Of a stretch of DNA of 64,000 nt, positions 61,527-64,000 are shown piece after piece. The notes beneath the pieces are model-generated. The model saw nothing but the letters and a program-made list of their open reading frames with translations. It was not told the origin of the DNA and made no database searches. Positions within the stretch are counted from its first letter, which is position 1, and each line of letters starts with the position of its first letter. The DNA lies in contig CAVXGK010000002.1 of NCBI GenBank assembly GCA_963761305.1, positions 1,920,001-1,984,000 on the forward strand, read 5' to 3'. The stretch comes from an uncultured Gemmatimonadaceae bacterium. GTDB taxonomy: Bacteria > Gemmatimonadota > Gemmatimonadetes > Gemmatimonadales > Gemmatimonadaceae. Both the position numbers and the translations under genes were made by a program.

Positions 61527-61566
61527 GGTGGACGGGTGGACCGGTGGACCGGTGGACCGGTGGACC
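61527..61566. repeat. Octamer tandem repeat GGTGGAC(C/G) x5
   Basis: ggtggacg followed by ggtggacc x4. Confidence 0.9.
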
Positions 61567-64000
61567 GCGAAAACGCGCGGCGGTGGTGGTGGTCGGTGTC
61601 AGCCATTCTCGCGCTCGCCTGGCAGCTCGCGCTGTCGAACTCGGCGTTCGCGCAAGCCGGTGAGGCCACACCCTATCGTGACGCGTCGAAGCCGGTCGCT
61701 GAGCGAGTGCGGGATCTCCTCGGACGGATGACGCTGGAAGAGAAGTTCTGGCAGCTGTTCATGATCCCCGGCGATCTCGACGATCCGTCGAACGACTACT
61801 CGCACGGCGTCTTCGGGCTGCAGATCTCGCCGGCGCGCGACACGACCGATCCCGCTCGCGCGCACGCCAAGCGCATCAACGACATCCAGCGCTACTTCGT
61901 CGAACGGACTCGGCTCGGCATTCCCATCATCCCGTTCGAGGAAGCGGTGCACGGACTCGTACGACCCGGCGCGACGGCGTTTCCGCAGGCGATCGGCCTC
62001 GCCGCCACGTGGGACACGGCGCTCATGACGCGCGTGGCGACGGCGATCGCGAGCGAGACGCGAAGCCGCGGAATCCGCCAGGTGCTGTCGCCGGTGGTGA
62101 ACATCGCCAACGATCCGCGGTGGGGACGCGTCGAGGAGACGTACGGTGAGGATCCCCTGCTCTCTTCGCGCATGGCGGTGTCGTTCGTGAGCGCGTTCGA
62201 GCGAGCCGGGGTCGTCGCGACGCCGAAACACTTCGTCGCCAACTTCGGAGACGGCGGCCGTGACAGCTATCCGATCGACTTCGACGCACGGCTGCTGGAC
62301 GAGATGTACTTCCCGCCGTTTCTCGCCGCGATCAAGGAGGGACACGCGCGGTCGGTGATGAGCGCGTACAACTCGGTCGACGGCTCGCCGGCGACGCAGA
62401 ATCGCGCGCTGCTCACCGACAAGCTGCGCCGTGAGTGGGGCTTACAAGGATTCGTCATCTCCGACGCGGCGGCCACCGGCGGCGCGACCGTGCTGCATCA
62501 CACCGAAGCGAGCACCGCCACCGCGACGACAGATGCGTTGAACGCCGGACTCGACGTGATCTTCCAAAGCTCGTGGCCGCAGCATCGGCCGTATCTCGAC
62601 GCATTCAAGCGCGGCCTGATTCCCGACTCCGTGATCGACGCCGCCGTCGCGCGCGTGCTTCGCGCCAAGTTCGAGCTCGGCCTGTTCGAGCATCCGTACG
62701 TGGACGTGGACAGCGCGAAGACGTTGAACGGCAGCGCCGAGCATCGTGCGCTCGCGGTCGAGGCGGCGCGCGAGTCGATCGTACTCTTGAAGAATGACGG
62801 CGGCGCGCTGCCCCTCGCGAAGTCGGTGCGGACGATCGCCGTGATCGGCACCGACGCGGTCGAGGCGCGACTCGGCGGATACAGTGGGCCGGGAAACCAG
62901 AAGATCTCGATTCTCGACGGGATTACCGCCGCGCTGCACGCGCACGCATCGGACGGAGTCGTGCGCTACGCGGCGGGACCCGGGCGCATCTCACGCGAAT
63001 ACGTCGTCGTGGCGGCGGAGGCGCTGTCGTCGACGGACAGCGGCCGCGCGGTGCGCGGCCTGCACGCCGATTATTTCGACAACAATCGTCTCGACGGCGC
63101 GCCGAGAATGACGCGGACCGATGCTCGCGTCGACTTCGGATGGACGCTCAATTCACCGGGGCGCGGAATTCCCTTCGACTGGTACTCGGTGCGATGGACG
63201 GGTCGCGTCACGGTGCCGGCGAGCGGCGTGAAACGCATCGGCGTCGAGGCAAACGACGGGTATCGGTTGTTCCTCGACGGGAAGTTGTTGATCGACGACT
63301 GGGAGAAGCGGTCGTACGGGTCGCGGCTGGCCAATGTGACGCTCAAGCCCGGCACCACGCACGACCTGCGGCTCGAGTACTTCGAGAGCACGGGCAACGC
63401 GCGTGTGAAGCTGATCTGGGACGCCGGCGTGAAGGACGATTGGCGCTCGACGATCGACTCGGCGGTCACGATCGCGCGTCGCTCGCAGATCGCGGTCGTC
63501 GTCGCGGGACTCGAGGAGGGCGAGTTTCGCGATCGGGCCATGCTTTCGCTTCCGGGGCATCAGGAAGAACTCATCGAGCGGGTCGCCGCGACGGGTCGCC
63601 CGACGATCGTCGTGCTGGTGGGCGGCGGCGCGATCACGATGAGCCGCTGGCTGGATCGCGTGCCCGCGGTGCTCGACGCGTGGTACTCGGGCGAGATGGG
63701 CGGCCGAGCGGTGGCCGACGTGCTGTTCGGCGACTACGACCCGGCGGGTCGCCTGGCGACGACGTGGCCCGTTTTCGAGGGACAGCTGCCCCTGTATTAC
63801 AACCACAAGCCCACCGGGCGCGGCGACGACTATCTCGATCTCACCGGCCAGCCGCTCTTTCCGTTCGGCTACGGGCTGAGCTACGCGACATTCGAGTATT
63901 CTGATCTGTCGATCCAGTCGCCGGAGATTCCGCCCGGCGGATCGACGGTCGTGAGATGCCGGGTGAAGAACACCGGCCAGCGTGCCGGCGATGAGGTCGT
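61560..64000 (+). CDS. GH3 beta-glucosidase/xylosidase with PA14 insertion; runs off the window end; start uncertain (GTG at 61536, 61560 or 61596)
   Basis: Absent from the ORF track; manual translation gives RVRDLLGRMTLEEK, TRLGIPIIPFEEAVHG, DPRWGRVEETYGEDP, TPKHF, WGLQGFVISD, ESIVLLKND, PLFPFGYGLSY. Confidence 0.92.
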   Translation, partial: MDRENARRWWWSVSAILALAWQLALSNSAFAQAGEATPYRDASKPVAERVRDLLGRMTLEEKFWQLFMIPGDLDDPSNDYSHGVFGLQISPARDTTDPARAHAKRINDIQRYFVERTRLGIPIIPFEEAVHGLVRPGATAFPQAIGLAATWDTALMTRVATAIASETRSRGIRQVLSPVVNIANDPRWGRVEETYGEDPLLSSRMAVSFVSAFERAGVVATPKHFVANFGDGGRDSYPIDFDARLLDEMYFPPFLAAIKEGHARSVMSAYNSVDGSPATQNRALLTDKLRREWGLQGFVISDAAATGGATVLHHTEASTATATTDALNAGLDVIFQSSWPQHRPYLDAFKRGLIPDSVIDAAVARVLRAKFELGLFEHPYVDVDSAKTLNGSAEHRALAVEAARESIVLLKNDGGALPLAKSVRTIAVIGTDAVEARLGGYSGPGNQKISILDGITAALHAHASDGVVRYAAGPGRISREYVVVAAEALSSTDSGRAVRGLHADYFDNNRLDGAPRMTRTDARVDFGWTLNSPGRGIPFDWYSVRWTGRVTVPASGVKRIGVEANDGYRLFLDGKLLIDDWEKRSYGSRLANVTLKPGTTHDLRLEYFESTGNARVKLIWDAGVKDDWRSTIDSAVTIARRSQIAVVVAGLEEGEFRDRAMLSLPGHQEELIERVAATGRPTIVVLVGGGAITMSRWLDRVPAVLDAWYSGEMGGRAVADVLFGDYDPAGRLATTWPVFEGQLPLYYNHKPTGRGDDYLDLTGQPLFPFGYGLSYATFEYSDLSIQSPEIPPGGSTVVRCRVKNTGQRAGDEV

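Overview
High-GC bacterial chromosomal segment. The gene style suggests Gemmatimonadota or a similar soil lineage (inference): ADOP permease with acidobacterial-type PadR, paralogous Ser/Thr kinases starting ERELGGGGMSRVF, and secreted M14/M28/VPS10 hydrolases with GGRGG inserts. About 45 genes are supportable, mostly hydrolases, transporters and regulators. I recognised no rRNA, tRNA, CRISPR array, transposase or integrase. About ten single-base frameshifts split otherwise intact genes, probably long-read consensus errors. Most notable signals: (1) an AhpD/CMD-like selenoprotein split by the ORF track (20327-20866, CxxU, bacterial SECIS-like hairpin 11 nt after the UGA), lying last in a ferredoxin-NrfD fusion plus Tat-less molybdoenzyme cluster; (2) dispersed palindromic ACGGACACAAACGGA elements, one directly after a GxxExxY PD-(D/E)xK nuclease gene, suggesting a REP-like element and nuclease system; (3) a ~490-bp non-coding segment bounded by ~55-bp inverted repeats and rich in hairpins (3601-4088); (4) a promoter-uORF-terminator leader upstream of an ABC exporter; (5) 21-bp-periodic tracts, dispersed GGTGGACN octamer arrays, and a head-to-head junction of two 5'-truncated genes near 44296.
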